Of a stretch of 64,000 bases of DNA, positions 44,293 through 54,792 are shown piece by piece (position 1 is the stretch's first letter; each line of letters begins with the position of its first letter). A program made the position numbers and the translations under genes. The notes under the pieces are model-generated. The model worked only from the letters and a program-made list of their open reading frames with translations, was not told the DNA's origin and did no database searches. This DNA is from Acidimicrobiales bacterium (lineage in GTDB: Bacteria; Actinomycetota; Acidimicrobiia; Acidimicrobiales; SZUA-35). Where the stretch lies: NCBI GenBank assembly GCA_020628305.1, contig JAHDFH010000003.1:22033-86032 (forward strand), in the 5' to 3' direction.

Positions 44293-45111
44293 ATGTCAGA
44301 TCGATACGAATTTTCAGATCCTCGCCGTGACCCAGATGGTGGCTGGTTTCAGCTTGGTGATATTCCAGCTTCCACAACCCTAATCGGAACGGCGTTTTCT
44401 ATCGCAGCGCTTTTCGCCAGTGCCATCTCAGGAAGCACCGGCAGCTTTAACGAAACGACCTGGCTCTCCGCTAATGCAATATCACAGCTCGAAGCATGGA
44501 GAATCATCACCTGGCCATTAGCCACCCAGGTCAGTTTATGGTCGTTCCTCGCAGTAGTCGTGTTCTATCTGATTGGATCCCAACTTGAAATGATGCTCGG
44601 CAAAGAGCGTATGCTCCAGTTACTAGCCGGAATTGTTGTAGTCCCGGCCGCTGCTGCTGCTTTGCTGGCATTTACGATTGCCCCAGATGGCGCCCCACTA
44701 CTAGGGTGGCACCAGCTCAACTTAGGCCTAATCATTACTTTCGCCACCGTTGTTCCATCCGCTCGATTCTTTTTCCGTATTCCTGCCTGGGGCTTTGCAG
44801 TTGCCCTCGTTGCGCTCCAGATTCTCCTCGCATTAGCCAATCGACAGTTCATAGAGATGTTCTACACCATAGGTCTAGCCATTTTTGTTGTAGCCTTTGT
44901 TACCCGAGTTGGCCTCGCTCATGAATCGGTTAGCAAAATTCTACCCACCCCGCTGGCCCAGAAGCGCACTAAGCCGAAACTCACAGTCGCCGCACCACCG
45001 GTGGACGAGTCTGAGATGAACCGCCTGCTCGACAAGTTGAATTCTGAAGGTTTAAGCAAGCAGGAAAAAAAGCGCCTCAAAGAGCTTTCTGATCAGTTAA
45101 AGAACAACTAG
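44293..45111 (+). CDS. rhomboid-like polytopic membrane protein lacking recognisable catalytic Ser/His
   Basis: EAWRIITWPL......YLIGSQLEMMLGKERMLQLL aligns by eye with the rhomboid WR..T..L...YLG...E..LG block. No GxSG motif was found. The ANGAH-equivalent reads ANRQF. The C-terminus is helical and charged (LNSEGLSKQEKKRLKELS). Confidence 0.5.
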   Translation: MSDRYEFSDPRRDPDGGWFQLGDIPASTTLIGTAFSIAALFASAISGSTGSFNETTWLSANAISQLEAWRIITWPLATQVSLWSFLAVVVFYLIGSQLEMMLGKERMLQLLAGIVVVPAAAAALLAFTIAPDGAPLLGWHQLNLGLIITFATVVPSARFFFRIPAWGFAVALVALQILLALANRQFIEMFYTIGLAIFVVAFVTRVGLAHESVSKILPTPLAQKRTKPKLTVAAPPVDESEMNRLLDKLNSEGLSKQEKKRLKELSDQLKNN

Positions 45112-45557
45112 CAAGAGACTAGCTCAACAGAGAACCGCTCTACCACTGAATCGAGCTCAGCTCTGGTCAGCTGAACGCCTTGCGGACAAATGACCAACAG
45201 CCGCTCCGCTACCCTCTCCATCGACCCACCGCTCGTGTAGCAAAAACCACTGCAGAAATCCACGAGTCTCCTTGCCAAGCGATCTTCTGCCGTGTGGAGA
45301 TCTAGAATGACCGATCTTCCATCGGTGTAGTGATCTGCGATCAACTTGGCAGCAGCGAACGATCTTGGAGCAACGTATCGTGTCTCGTGTCGAAGATCCA
45401 GCGTCCTGAAGTCTTGTGGCTCGGGAAGAACTTCTAATTTAGCTTTCATCTCAGCGAGACGATCTTTCTCCAAGTGCTGAGACGATACTCTATAGCCGAG
45501 TGGGGGCAAGTCCGGCCTTCTCTCATCACTAGTTTTTCGTTTTCTTATCAAGTTCAT
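45108..45557 (-). CDS. sepF: cell division protein SepF
   Basis: It has VAPRSF..A..I......G..VILDL.......A.RLVDF..G........ER, which matches the SepF core. Confidence 0.88.
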   Translation of the reverse strand: MNLIRKRKTSDERRPDLPPLGYRVSSQHLEKDRLAEMKAKLEVLPEPQDFRTLDLRHETRYVAPRSFAAAKLIADHYTDGRSVILDLHTAEDRLARRLVDFCSGFCYTSGGSMERVAERLLVICPQGVQLTRAELDSVVERFSVELVSC

Positions 45558-45612
45558 CTATCCCTCTAGAGGTTAGGCTAGGGCGGATCTCCCAGCCAGA
45601 AACTCCGTGAAA

Positions 45613-46266
45613 CTACCCAGGCCGCTGACCGAATAGCTTTGTACCGACTCGAATATGAGTTGCCCCCATACGCAAAGCTAGTTCAAAATCGTTTGACATG
45701 CCCATGGAAAGCTTGGAAAGCCCGAGATTGGAGTTTGTCTCAGCAGTAAGCTCGAAAGAAGCTGAAGGGTCAGCCCCGTTAGAAGGGCCCATGGTCATCA
45801 GGCCCTGCACATCTAGTCCAAGGGCTTTGGCTGCATCTACCAACTCTGGCACCTCAGAAACATGTGCGCCGGACTTTGTGTCCTCTCCAGTTGAGTTCAC
45901 TTGAATGAAGATCTGAGCCCCAGGACAACGTTTAGCTAGTTCTGAGATTAAGTCTAAACGGTCAACGGTGTGCCATTGATCCACCAGGTGAGATATTTTT
46001 TTAACTTTGTTGCGTTGTAACGCTCCAATGAAGTGCCAAGACGCGTTGCTGATCTCAGTTGCTTTACTAATCAGCTCCTGAGCATAGTTCTCTCCAAAAT
46101 CCACGAGACCAGCATCGATACCTGCCTTAACGATTGAAGAGTCAAACCTCTTGGTGACGCCAATAACTCTGACCTGATCAGGTTCTGGACTGAGGCGATA
46201 AATCGATTCGGCAACCTTTGCCAGCCTCTGCTCAATTGCCGGCGCCCCGTGAGGCCGATCAGTCAT
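45613..46266 (-). CDS. yggS: YggS-family pyridoxal-phosphate homeostasis protein
   Basis: It has VIGVTKRF (PLP lysine), FGENY.QE, HFIG.LQ.NK and LSMGMS.D motifs. Confidence 0.9.
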   Translation of the reverse strand: MTDRPHGAPAIEQRLAKVAESIYRLSPEPDQVRVIGVTKRFDSSIVKAGIDAGLVDFGENYAQELISKATEISNASWHFIGALQRNKVKKISHLVDQWHTVDRLDLISELAKRCPGAQIFIQVNSTGEDTKSGAHVSEVPELVDAAKALGLDVQGLMTMGPSNGADPSASFELTAETNSNLGLSKLSMGMSNDFELALRMGATHIRVGTKLFGQRPG

Positions 46267-46930
46267 TCTGAGTAATCCAAGCTACAGTTGCTTGTCGCCC
46301 AGCATCTTGACGAACCCGATGACTGAAGAACTTTCCTGAAGATGTGTTCTCAGCGGCTTCGGGAAGCTGTAGAGAGGCAGCGTTACACTGCTGTAGCACC
46401 GCCTGAAACATGTCAAATGCTGGCTCATTACTACTCGTGCGACCAACAACAGTTGGGCCCATCGATTCCGCTAGAGGTTGGAGATCCTCTGGAGAGAATG
46501 CATAGTCAGCAACGTGGATGTGCGGCCCCAAAAGTGTCTTGATTGGAGTCGAGCCAGACGCCCTCATCTGATGTGCGCATTTCTGGACTATCTGAGACTG
46601 GAGGCCCCTCCATCCTGCATGAACAACTCCAACAGCATCTGCTGCAACCAGAACAAGAGGGACACAATCTGCAGTCGTGACTGAGATTGGAGTATTCAGC
46701 GCCCGAGTGATCAAACCGTCGGCCTCCCCCACAAAACCAGAAGGCTGTGTAACAGTTACCACCTTGTTCGAATGGGTTTGCCTAGGCCAACTCCACTGCA
46801 TATCCACGATCTGAGCTCTGTTTGCAGCTAGCTGCTCAGAGTCTGAATCAATCTGAAAATCACCATCATTAACATCGGTGAAAGCAACATGAATGGTCAC
46901 ATCCTCGGTGGCGATCTGGTGATGCTGCAT
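46259..46930 (-). CDS. pgeF: YfiH/PgeF-family (polyphenol-oxidase-like / peptidoglycan editing factor) protein
   Basis: It has TADCVPL, HAGWRG and SHR motifs. Its position directly downstream of ftsZ matches other actinobacteria. Confidence 0.85.
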   Translation of the reverse strand: MQHHQIATEDVTIHVAFTDVNDGDFQIDSDSEQLAANRAQIVDMQWSWPRQTHSNKVVTVTQPSGFVGEADGLITRALNTPISVTTADCVPLVLVAADAVGVVHAGWRGLQSQIVQKCAHQMRASGSTPIKTLLGPHIHVADYAFSPEDLQPLAESMGPTVVGRTSSNEPAFDMFQAVLQQCNAASLQLPEAAENTSSGKFFSHRVRQDAGRQATVAWITQND

Positions 46931-46933
46931 TGT

Positions 46934-48148
46934 CTATTTCAAGAATGATGGAACATCAAAATCATCGTCGAAATCATCAGAGTCTGCAAAGAAATCTGAC
47001 AACTCTTTCGAGAACTCACTTGTGGGCAGATCTGGTTGATTAGCCTTGGCAGGATCAAAGGCTGGGGTTTGCCCACCAACTTCATCGCTTGTCAAATCAA
47101 TCATGTCGTCAACCACAGCTGTAGCAGATCCAAAGTCGAAATCGTTGCTGCTTTCCAAGTTAGCCTGAGCTGCTTCAAATGGAGTTGCTGGAACCATTGG
47201 CTTCTCATTGTGTTCAAAGCCCGTGGCTATTACGGTCACACGAATTTGGTCCTCAAGGCTTTCATCAACTACCGTTCCAAAGATGATATTTGCATCTGGG
47301 TGAGCAACACTATGAATAGTCTCGGCTGCTTCATTTACCTCGAAGAGCCCGAGACTGGAGCTACCCGCCACTGTTAGCAGCACACCTTGCGCTCCATCAA
47401 TAGAAGACTCTAACAACGGTGACTCGATTGCTGCCCTAGCAGCTGTAAGGGCCCGCTTCTCTCCGCTAGCGGAGCCAATACCCATAAGCGCTGATCCGGC
47501 CTCGTGCATAATCATCTTTACGTCCGCAAAGTCCGTGTTGATTAACCCAGGAGTGGTAATTAAGTCGGCGATGCCTGAAACACCCTGAAGTAAGACTTCG
47601 TCAGCCATCCTGAACGCATCGACCATGGAGGTACTCTGATCAGCTATTGAGAGTAGGCGGTCATTTGGGATAACGATCTGAGTATCGACTTCCTCTCTCA
47701 GCCTTAGCACACCATCTTCAGCTTGATTTGTGCGCCTTCGACCTTCGAAACCAAAAGGCTTTGTTACCACACCGATTGTCAACGCTCCGGCGGCCTTAGC
47801 AATTTCAGCGATTACAGGCGCAGCTCCGGTGCCAGTTCCACCACCTTCACCAGCGGTGATAAAGACCATGTCTGCCCCGGCTAGAGCTTCAGATATTTCC
47901 TCGGCATGTTCTTCGGCTGCCTTTTCACCAATACTAGGATCACTGCCTGCACCCAAACCACGTGTGAGCTCTCGTCCAATGTGGATCTTTGTTTCTGCAT
48001 CGCTCATCAATAGAGCCTGAGCATCAGTATTGACGGCGATGAAATCAACGCCTCTAAGACCGGAGTCGATCATGCGGTTGACTGCGTTGCAGCCCCCTCC
48101 TCCGACACCGACTACCTTCACGACTGCCACATAGTTTTGTGTGTTCAT
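46934..48148 (-). CDS. ftsZ: cell division GTPase FtsZ
   Basis: It has [14 protein letters not shown], the [11 protein letters not shown] tubulin signature, and the C-terminal [10 protein letters not shown] peptide. Confidence 0.98.
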   Translation of the reverse strand: MNTQNYVAVVKVVGVGGGGCNAVNRMIDSGLRGVDFIAVNTDAQALLMSDAETKIHIGRELTRGLGAGSDPSIGEKAAEEHAEEISEALAGADMVFITAGEGGGTGTGAAPVIAEIAKAAGALTIGVVTKPFGFEGRRRTNQAEDGVLRLREEVDTQIVIPNDRLLSIADQSTSMVDAFRMADEVLLQGVSGIADLITTPGLINTDFADVKMIMHEAGSALMGIGSASGEKRALTAARAAIESPLLESSIDGAQGVLLTVAGSSSLGLFEVNEAAETIHSVAHPDANIIFGTVVDESLEDQIRVTVIATGFEHNEKPMVPATPFEAAQANLESSNDFDFGSATAVVDDMIDLTSDEVGGQTPAFDPAKANQPDLPTSEFSKELSDFFADSDDFDDDFDVPSFLK

Positions 48149-48251
48149 TGTCTGCTTTCAACTTGGCGGGCACAACTCAAAGTTGTTGTAGCGAAGCCTA
48201 TCGCTTGAGCAAGTCAAACTACACACGTTGGACTAGGCAATATCCCCGAGA

Positions 48252-49025
48252 CTAGTTGCAAGCCCCAGAACGCTCTACCGTAGGCAACCCTGATGCTGTC
48301 ACGTCAATCGCTGTAACGCAGCTTAACTCCACGCGCTCAAGCACAGTCAACAAGTCTCTCTGTTTGCTTTCAATATTTGTAGCGGTCCCAAACTCAACGG
48401 TAGTCCCACCATCAATTTGCGCAGTTACGAATCCAAGTTGGTCAAACGAGACATCGCTCAGACGACTCAATACATCCAAAGATAGACCGTTCAAAACCTT
48501 AACCGCCCCAAGAGCGGCAGCGCTTGCTGGTTGACCTACAACCTCTGCTGGAGCGGGGCCCTGTGCAATTAGAAAGCCTTCGGGAAGTTCTGTGGTTTGG
48601 CCGAGGATAAAACCATCACCTGTTACTAACCAGTACCCGGTTGGCGCCGTGATAGCTAACTGTGGAGCATGGTCAGTCACAGTTAACACCACATCGCCAG
48701 TCCAAAGATCTCTGTCTAGGTTCGCTGCGGCTACTGTCCCCAGGGCTTGTACGTTCTCAATGATTTGATCCGGATCCAAAAGAATAAGTGACGAGCCTTC
48801 GGCTATCTCTGAGGACTCAGCGATTAGCGCTGCTGATGTGAACTGATTGCCTTGAACGATGATTCTATCTACTGCGAATAAGGGCGTTGCCAGCAACACC
48901 ACCGCACTAGCAACAATGAAGACCAAGACCACGATAGCTTTAACTACAGGGCGACTAAGCCGTGATTCAGCTGCGGATTGCAACCGGGGCTTATGGTCAT
49001 AATATCTCGACGCTCGGATTGGCAT
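48252..49025 (-). CDS. ftsQ: cell division protein FtsQ (POTRA domain)
   Basis: It has a single TM helix followed by a POTRA-like region (I.V.GN......I). It lies between murB and ftsZ. Confidence 0.75.
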   Translation of the reverse strand: MPIRASRYYDHKPRLQSAAESRLSRPVVKAIVVLVFIVASAVVLLATPLFAVDRIIVQGNQFTSAALIAESSEIAEGSSLILLDPDQIIENVQALGTVAAANLDRDLWTGDVVLTVTDHAPQLAITAPTGYWLVTGDGFILGQTTELPEGFLIAQGPAPAEVVGQPASAAALGAVKVLNGLSLDVLSRLSDVSFDQLGFVTAQIDGGTTVEFGTATNIESKQRDLLTVLERVELSCVTAIDVTASGLPTVERSGACN

Positions 49026-49091
49026 AGCACCGCTACGTTAGACGATCCCGAGACCCCAAATGCGCATAGGTGTTTATGCCCAAATCCTTGT

Positions 49092-49988
49092 TTAATCGAA
49101 ACCAATCAGACGGTTCTCTACCCTAAGTTCATAGCCAGTTTCCGCAAGGACTACTCGCTTAATATGCTCAATCAATCTATACACGTCATCTGCTGAACCA
49201 TCAGCTGTGGCCTGAATAAAATTGGCGTGCTTTTCGCTTACAGATGCTGTCCCCATCGTGAAACCTTTGAGTCCACACTCGTCAATCAACTTGGCAGAAT
49301 GGGTTCCTTCAGGGTTAGCGAAAACACTCCCAGCGTTGGCTCCGCCCGGCTGGTGGCTTCGGCGCCACTGAACGATTTCTGAAATTTCTTGCTTCGCTAC
49401 CTCAGCTTCCCCTCGCTCAAGTCGCAGCCTTGCACTAAGAACCAGCTGTGTCTGCTTGATGCTAGATGAGCGATATCCCAACTTCAACTCCGCAGCCGAC
49501 AGTGTATGTAAAGCTCCATCTGAGAAGTCGAATAGGTGAACATCAATCAAATTTGCAGCCATGTCGGAACCATGACCGCCAGCGTTCATCCTGACAGCGC
49601 CACCGAGCGAACCCGGGACTCCAACAGCCCATTCGAAACCGGTTAAGCCAGCTGCTGCTGTTTGTCGTGCCACTATTGGCAAGAACGTTATCGCCCCAAC
49701 AGTAACAACCTGACCATCAATTTCTACGAAATCGAAAGCCTTACCAAGTTGTATGCAGAGCCCCTCAAACCCATTGTCTGCAACGAGAAGGTTAGATCCT
49801 TTACCAATCATTAAGGTCGGCAAGCTAAACCTTTCAGCAAACGCCTTAGCCTGGACAAGGTCATCTACTGAATCAATCGAGACGAAGTACTTTGCGGGAC
49901 CACCAACGCGATAAGTGCAGTATCTGGCCATGCTGTGGTCGATTTCGTAGTGCAGTTGCGTCGATGCTAAAAATTCTAGCTCATTCAT
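49092..49988 (-). CDS. murB: UDP-N-acetylenolpyruvoylglucosamine reductase
   Basis: It has an FAD-binding domain (T...VGG.A, GKGSNLLV), GVPGSLGGAV.MNAG, and a C-terminal GS.F.NP. Confidence 0.9.
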   Translation of the reverse strand: MNELEFLASTQLHYEIDHSMARYCTYRVGGPAKYFVSIDSVDDLVQAKAFAERFSLPTLMIGKGSNLLVADNGFEGLCIQLGKAFDFVEIDGQVVTVGAITFLPIVARQTAAAGLTGFEWAVGVPGSLGGAVRMNAGGHGSDMAANLIDVHLFDFSDGALHTLSAAELKLGYRSSSIKQTQLVLSARLRLERGEAEVAKQEISEIVQWRRSHQPGGANAGSVFANPEGTHSAKLIDECGLKGFTMGTASVSEKHANFIQATADGSADDVYRLIEHIKRVVLAETGYELRVENRLIGFD

Positions 49989-51391
49989 GAGCGTGCCTTA
50001 AGATTCTCTAGGATCCGGGAGGGCGATTCGGTGAGGTCACCTGCCCCAAGAGTGAGACATAAGTCACCTGCTTGAAGGTTGTTGATAGCAAAGCTCTCAA
50101 CTTCGGCAAGAGTCTCAATGTATTTGACCTCGGTGTTGTGATCTTGCCCCCTAACAGCATTGGCGATCAACTCACCTGTAATCCCCTCCCGCTTGGGCTC
50201 ACCGCTGGAGTAGATGCCGGTGACTATGAGCAGGTCTGCTCCAACGAAGGAAGTTCCAAATGATTCCCATAGTTGTTCTGTTCGGCTGTAGCGATGTGGC
50301 TGAAAGATAACCACTAACCGCTTCGGGGATGTTGATGAGGCCGCAGCGATCGCTGCCTCAATCTCGGTTGGCAGGTGCGCATAGTCATCAACCAAGGTAA
50401 TTCCGTTTGTTGACCCTCGCAGCTCATATCGTCTTCCAACTCCGGTGAACTCTCCAAGTTTGGCAAACACTTGACCTGTGTCTAGCCCCTTAGCGATTGC
50501 GAGTGTCGCTGCACCGAGCGCATTAGTTGCGTTGTGCGCCCCAGGTTGAGCAAGGACGGACTCAAAGATTTTGTCTCTATATGCAACTTTAACTTTCTGA
50601 CCTACTCCGTTTGGCTCAGTTGCTAAGATCTGCCACTCAGCAGAATCGTCAAAACCAAAAGTGACCACTTTATGTTTATGGTCTGCGGGCAAGTTGTGTA
50701 GTAACCGTTTACAACCCGGGTCATCCAAGCACAATGCAATAGGCCCATCTACTCCCTTGGCAAAATCGACAAAGGCAGCTTCTAAGGTTTCAAAATCACC
50801 ATAGTACTCTAGGTGATCAGGCTCGATATTTGTAATTACAGCACCCGAGGCGTCTAGCTCTAAAAACGTTCCATCGCTTTCATCAGCTTCAATTACGAAA
50901 TAGTCACCTTCTCCCACTCCGGCGCCACCCCCAAGGGCTGGTATCTGGCCACCGACGATGAAACTAGGGTCCTTTCCTAGAGTTGATAAGAGAACCGCAA
51001 GCATGGATGTTGTCGTGGTTTTTCCATGGGTACCTGCGATGAGTAAAGCCTCTTTGGTTCGGCTAATAGCAGCTAGCACCTGAGAACGTCGCATCACAGG
51101 CAAGTCTCGAGCTCTCGCTTCAACCAACTCTGGATTGTCCTCAGGAACAGCTGTTGAATGGGTAACTACTTCAGCTTGACCTATGTTGCCAGCAGCATGT
51201 CCCACAAAGACTTCAGCACCTAGCGAGCGTAGCTCATCTAGCATGTCTGATTCCGCAGCATCAGAGCCAGCAACTTGATGACCCAATCCCAGTAGCACCT
51301 TGGCAATGGCGCTCATCCCAGCTCCACCTATGCCTACCACAAAAAAACTAGATCGCTTCGAACTTAGGTTAAGGTCATTGTTAGTCAACAT
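49985..51391 (-). CDS. murC: UDP-N-acetylmuramate--L-alanine ligase
   Basis: It has the FFVVGIGGAGMSAIA start, GTHGKTTTTSM and DDYAH.P.E motifs. Confidence 0.93.
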   Translation of the reverse strand: MLTNNDLNLSSKRSSFFVVGIGGAGMSAIAKVLLGLGHQVAGSDAAESDMLDELRSLGAEVFVGHAAGNIGQAEVVTHSTAVPEDNPELVEARARDLPVMRRSQVLAAISRTKEALLIAGTHGKTTTTSMLAVLLSTLGKDPSFIVGGQIPALGGGAGVGEGDYFVIEADESDGTFLELDASGAVITNIEPDHLEYYGDFETLEAAFVDFAKGVDGPIALCLDDPGCKRLLHNLPADHKHKVVTFGFDDSAEWQILATEPNGVGQKVKVAYRDKIFESVLAQPGAHNATNALGAATLAIAKGLDTGQVFAKLGEFTGVGRRYELRGSTNGITLVDDYAHLPTEIEAAIAAASSTSPKRLVVIFQPHRYSRTEQLWESFGTSFVGADLLIVTGIYSSGEPKREGITGELIANAVRGQDHNTEVKYIETLAEVESFAINNLQAGDLCLTLGAGDLTESPSRILENLKARS

Positions 51392-52481
51392 TTATCCCAC
51401 CAGTTTCTAAAGTCAGTTCTGCTACTAACGTAGCGGCATTTGGCCGACTAGCCTGTGTTGCAGCTGCCCGCATCTTCTGCAACACAGCATCGGAGAGCAA
51501 TAACTCGCTCAGCTGAGCGTCGATGTGCTCAGCTGTTAAGTCTGAGTCTTTAACCAAGCGCGCTGCTCCTAAGTCAACTAGCTCAGCCGCATTGTGAGTC
51601 TGATGATCGCGCGGCGCCCCGGGCAAAGGAACCAACAGCGAGGGCAAACTGGCAACCGCCAGCTCACCCACAGTGGACGCCCCAGAACGACAAATTGCAA
51701 GGTCAGCTGCATGCAAGACCGATTTCATGTCGGTCTCATACTCAACAACCCTGTATCGACTGTGGGCTCTATCAACGAACGCTTCATAGTCGCGCCGTCC
51801 TACAATGTGATACACAAAGATCGGTTCCTTAAGATGCGAAGCTGCATATTCTGATACAGCGTCATTGACCGAGCGAGCTCCCAAAGAGCCCGACCAAACA
51901 GCCACGACTTGGGCATCAGCTGGGATTCCAAGTTGCTTCCTTGCAACTAGTCGATCTTGTGAGCTAGGGGCCGTGATCGAGTTTCTAACCGGGTTGCCAG
52001 TCAGTTTGCCGTTTGGAAGGTCTGTGTCAGGAAATGGCAATGCACAAACCTTTGCGTACTTTGACACGAACCTATTCACGGCGCTGGCTCGTGAATTCTG
52101 TTCTGACACTACAATCGGTCGTCGTAAAATAATCGCTCCAACCGAAGCTGGCAGTGCTGCATAGCCACCTAGACAGACCACAACCTTGGGCCGCCGCCGG
52201 GCAACTAAAACGATTCCCCGCAGAACGCCCCAGATCAGACTTAGCGCTGCAAAAAGCGACGTGAGGCTGACCTTACGCTGAACTCCGCGACCGGGCAGAG
52301 TCATAATTCGAAATCCAGCCGCTTCGACTAGCTCGCGTTCACTTCCTCTCGAGCCTCCTACGAAGAGAATGCTTTCACGCGTTAACCCCATTTCAACAAG
52401 TGCCTCTGCGGTAGCAATGCCAGGGTTAGTGTGACCCGCTGTTCCACCACCAGCAATAATGACATCAGCGCTGGCAACCAT
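51381..52481 (-). CDS. murG: undecaprenyldiphospho-muramoylpentapeptide beta-N-acetylglucosaminyltransferase
   Basis: It has the IAGGGTAGH start, a GT28 C-terminal domain (R.GAST..E), and dcw context. Confidence 0.9.
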   Translation of the reverse strand: MVASADVIIAGGGTAGHTNPGIATAEALVEMGLTRESILFVGGSRGSERELVEAAGFRIMTLPGRGVQRKVSLTSLFAALSLIWGVLRGIVLVARRRPKVVVCLGGYAALPASVGAIILRRPIVVSEQNSRASAVNRFVSKYAKVCALPFPDTDLPNGKLTGNPVRNSITAPSSQDRLVARKQLGIPADAQVVAVWSGSLGARSVNDAVSEYAASHLKEPIFVYHIVGRRDYEAFVDRAHSRYRVVEYETDMKSVLHAADLAICRSGASTVGELAVASLPSLLVPLPGAPRDHQTHNAAELVDLGAARLVKDSDLTAEHIDAQLSELLLSDAVLQKMRAAATQASRPNAATLVAELTLETGGINVD

Positions 52482-53722
52482 TACGCTACCCGAGCCCGCT
52501 TAGCAACATTTGTCAGGAGACCAGCGGCGACAAGAGTCATCACCAAACTGGAACCCCCAGCTGACACAAAAGGAAGAGGCACACCCGTCACTGGGAACAC
52601 GCCCAATACCACCCCAATGTTAAGAAACGCCTGAGTAACAATCATCGTTGTTAGACCGGTAGCTAATAGCATTCCAAATCGGTCAGGTGCATTCATGGCC
52701 GCCCTAAGCCCAAACCAAGCAATCAACAGATAGAAGCTGATAACTGCGCATGAGCCAATTAGCCCAGTCTCTTCGGCTAAATTTGCGAAGATAAAGTCTG
52801 ACTCAACCTCGGGCAAGAACCCGTACTTAATTCGCCCGGCACCGATCCCAACGCCAGTTATCCCACCAGAAGCAGCTGCAATCTGGCTCTGCACTGGCTG
52901 CCAAGCAATATCGTTCAGATGGTCCATCGGATTCAGGAAGGCATCTATACGACGCATAGCATGATCAGAAGTCAAAACAGCGAAAGCAAAAGCAACCACT
53001 CCCGCACCCACCCAAGAAAAAACCGATCGTAATTGCGCTCCGCCAACAAAGAGTAGTACAACAACCACGGTACCCAAGACGATTATGGAGCCAAGTTTCG
53101 GTTGCAGTGCAAACAAGACGGCATAGATTCCAAAGACAAGCATCACCGGGCGAACCGTTAGTTCAGGTTTATCCATTCGCCGTTCTCTTAGCGTAAGTAG
53201 ATGCGCAATGAAGACAATTAGGGCGAACTTGCCAATCTCGGCAGGCTGAATCACGACCGGTCCAAGCGATAACCACCGGCTAGAGCCGTTTAAGTTAACT
53301 CCGACTCCTGGTACCAGCACGAGGCCCATCAAAGCAAATGAGCTGAGTAACATCAGCGGTACAAACTTCCGCAGTAGCCGGTAGTCGACTCGAGAAGCCA
53401 CAAAGAAAGCTACGCCCCCTAAGCAAGCCCAAACGAATTGCTTGCGAAACAGCTGCAAGGAATCACCGGATTCGTAGTGGGCGCTAACAGACGATGCGCT
53501 AAGCAGAACGATTAGTCCGAACGCAGTCATCACTGCGAACAACAAAGAAAGGTACAGCCCATGCATCTGGCCAACATCAGTGATTTTCAGAGGGCGCCTG
53601 CTTCTAGCTGAGGTGTTAGAGGCGAACAAATCGGCGGTCAGACCGGGTTGATAGGCAGATCTATGAGTTCTAGTAGACGATCGTTGTTTGCTAGACTTTG
53701 AGTCTTGGCGCTGTGACATCAC
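52481..53722 (-). CDS. ftsW: SEDS-family peptidoglycan polymerase FtsW
   Basis: It is a 10-TM FtsW/RodA/SpoVE-type protein with QP.E..K, E.H.DFIF-like and GGSS motifs. Confidence 0.88.
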   Translation of the reverse strand: MMSQRQDSKSSKQRSSTRTHRSAYQPGLTADLFASNTSARSRRPLKITDVGQMHGLYLSLLFAVMTAFGLIVLLSASSVSAHYESGDSLQLFRKQFVWACLGGVAFFVASRVDYRLLRKFVPLMLLSSFALMGLVLVPGVGVNLNGSSRWLSLGPVVIQPAEIGKFALIVFIAHLLTLRERRMDKPELTVRPVMLVFGIYAVLFALQPKLGSIIVLGTVVVVLLFVGGAQLRSVFSWVGAGVVAFAFAVLTSDHAMRRIDAFLNPMDHLNDIAWQPVQSQIAAASGGITGVGIGAGRIKYGFLPEVESDFIFANLAEETGLIGSCAVISFYLLIAWFGLRAAMNAPDRFGMLLATGLTTMIVTQAFLNIGVVLGVFPVTGVPLPFVSAGGSSLVMTLVAAGLLTNVAKRARVA

Positions 53723-54792
53723 GTAACCGCCGCTCGGTAGTCAGAATAGAAGATCCCTAGTGCTACAAGGGTCAAGGCTCCAGCGATTATCCAAAAACGA
53801 ATTATTACTTTCGTTTCTTTCCAGCCGCCTAGCTCGAAATGATGATGGATGGGCGCCATTCTGAAAAGACGCTTCCCCTTAGTTGCTTTGAAGAAAGCGA
53901 CCTGCGCCATGACTGACGCAGTCTCAAGCACAAACACGCCACCAATGATTGGTAGCAGCAAGTGAGTGTTAGTCATTAACGCCAGACATGCTAGAGCTGT
54001 ACCAATTGCCAATGAACCGGTATCGCCCATGAAAATGTCAGCTGGAGCGGCATTAAACCACAAGAAACCAGCACACGAGGCGAGCAAGGCAGCAGCCACG
54101 ACGGCTAGGTCGAGGGCATGGTCCACATCGTAGACTTCAATAATAGGATCATCCATCTGTCTAAAGATCCAGAAACAAATTGCACCATAAGCTGCGAAAG
54201 AAAACATACCGGAACCAGCCGCCAAGCCATCTAGCCCGTCGGTTAAATTAACGGCGTTGGAGGTGGCGTAAATCAGTAGCACAGCCCAGATTGTCCAGCC
54301 AACGGAGCCCAAATCGATATTCCACAGCCCCTGGCGAGCAAAGGCCAACTCAGTTGAGATTCCGGTGTGGTTTAAAGCCAAAACAGCGAACCCTAAAGCG
54401 ACCCCAAGCATGCCGGCAGTTTTAGCTCCAGCGTTTAACCCAAGATTACGCTCTCTAGAAATCTTGATCCAATCATCAATGAACCCGACGAATCCTGCGC
54501 AGCAAGTCGCCCCAATCACCAAAAGACCCGAACGAGTGAACGGAGAAAAAACACCATCCGCACTGCCAGCAAAAGAACCGATTACCCCACTGAGCAGATA
54601 GCCAAGAAGCCCACCAAGAACAATCGCAATTCCTCCCATAGTAGGAGTACCTGTTTTAACAATGTGCCCTTGAGGACCGTCTTCGCGAATTGGCTGCCCT
54701 ATCTGTGAGATACGCAGTATGTCGATTAGAAGCTGGGTCAGAAATGCAGTAGCACCAAACGAAATCACAACTGCGAGCAAAATTCTGATCAC
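53719..54792 (-). CDS. mraY: phospho-N-acetylmuramoyl-pentapeptide transferase
   Basis: It has K..TPTMGG, NAVNLTDGLDGLA, GDTGSL..G and APIHHHFE motifs. Confidence 0.95.
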   Translation of the reverse strand: MIRILLAVVISFGATAFLTQLLIDILRISQIGQPIREDGPQGHIVKTGTPTMGGIAIVLGGLLGYLLSGVIGSFAGSADGVFSPFTRSGLLVIGATCCAGFVGFIDDWIKISRERNLGLNAGAKTAGMLGVALGFAVLALNHTGISTELAFARQGLWNIDLGSVGWTIWAVLLIYATSNAVNLTDGLDGLAAGSGMFSFAAYGAICFWIFRQMDDPIIEVYDVDHALDLAVVAAALLASCAGFLWFNAAPADIFMGDTGSLAIGTALACLALMTNTHLLLPIIGGVFVLETASVMAQVAFFKATKGKRLFRMAPIHHHFELGGWKETKVIIRFWIIAGALTLVALGIFYSDYRAAVT

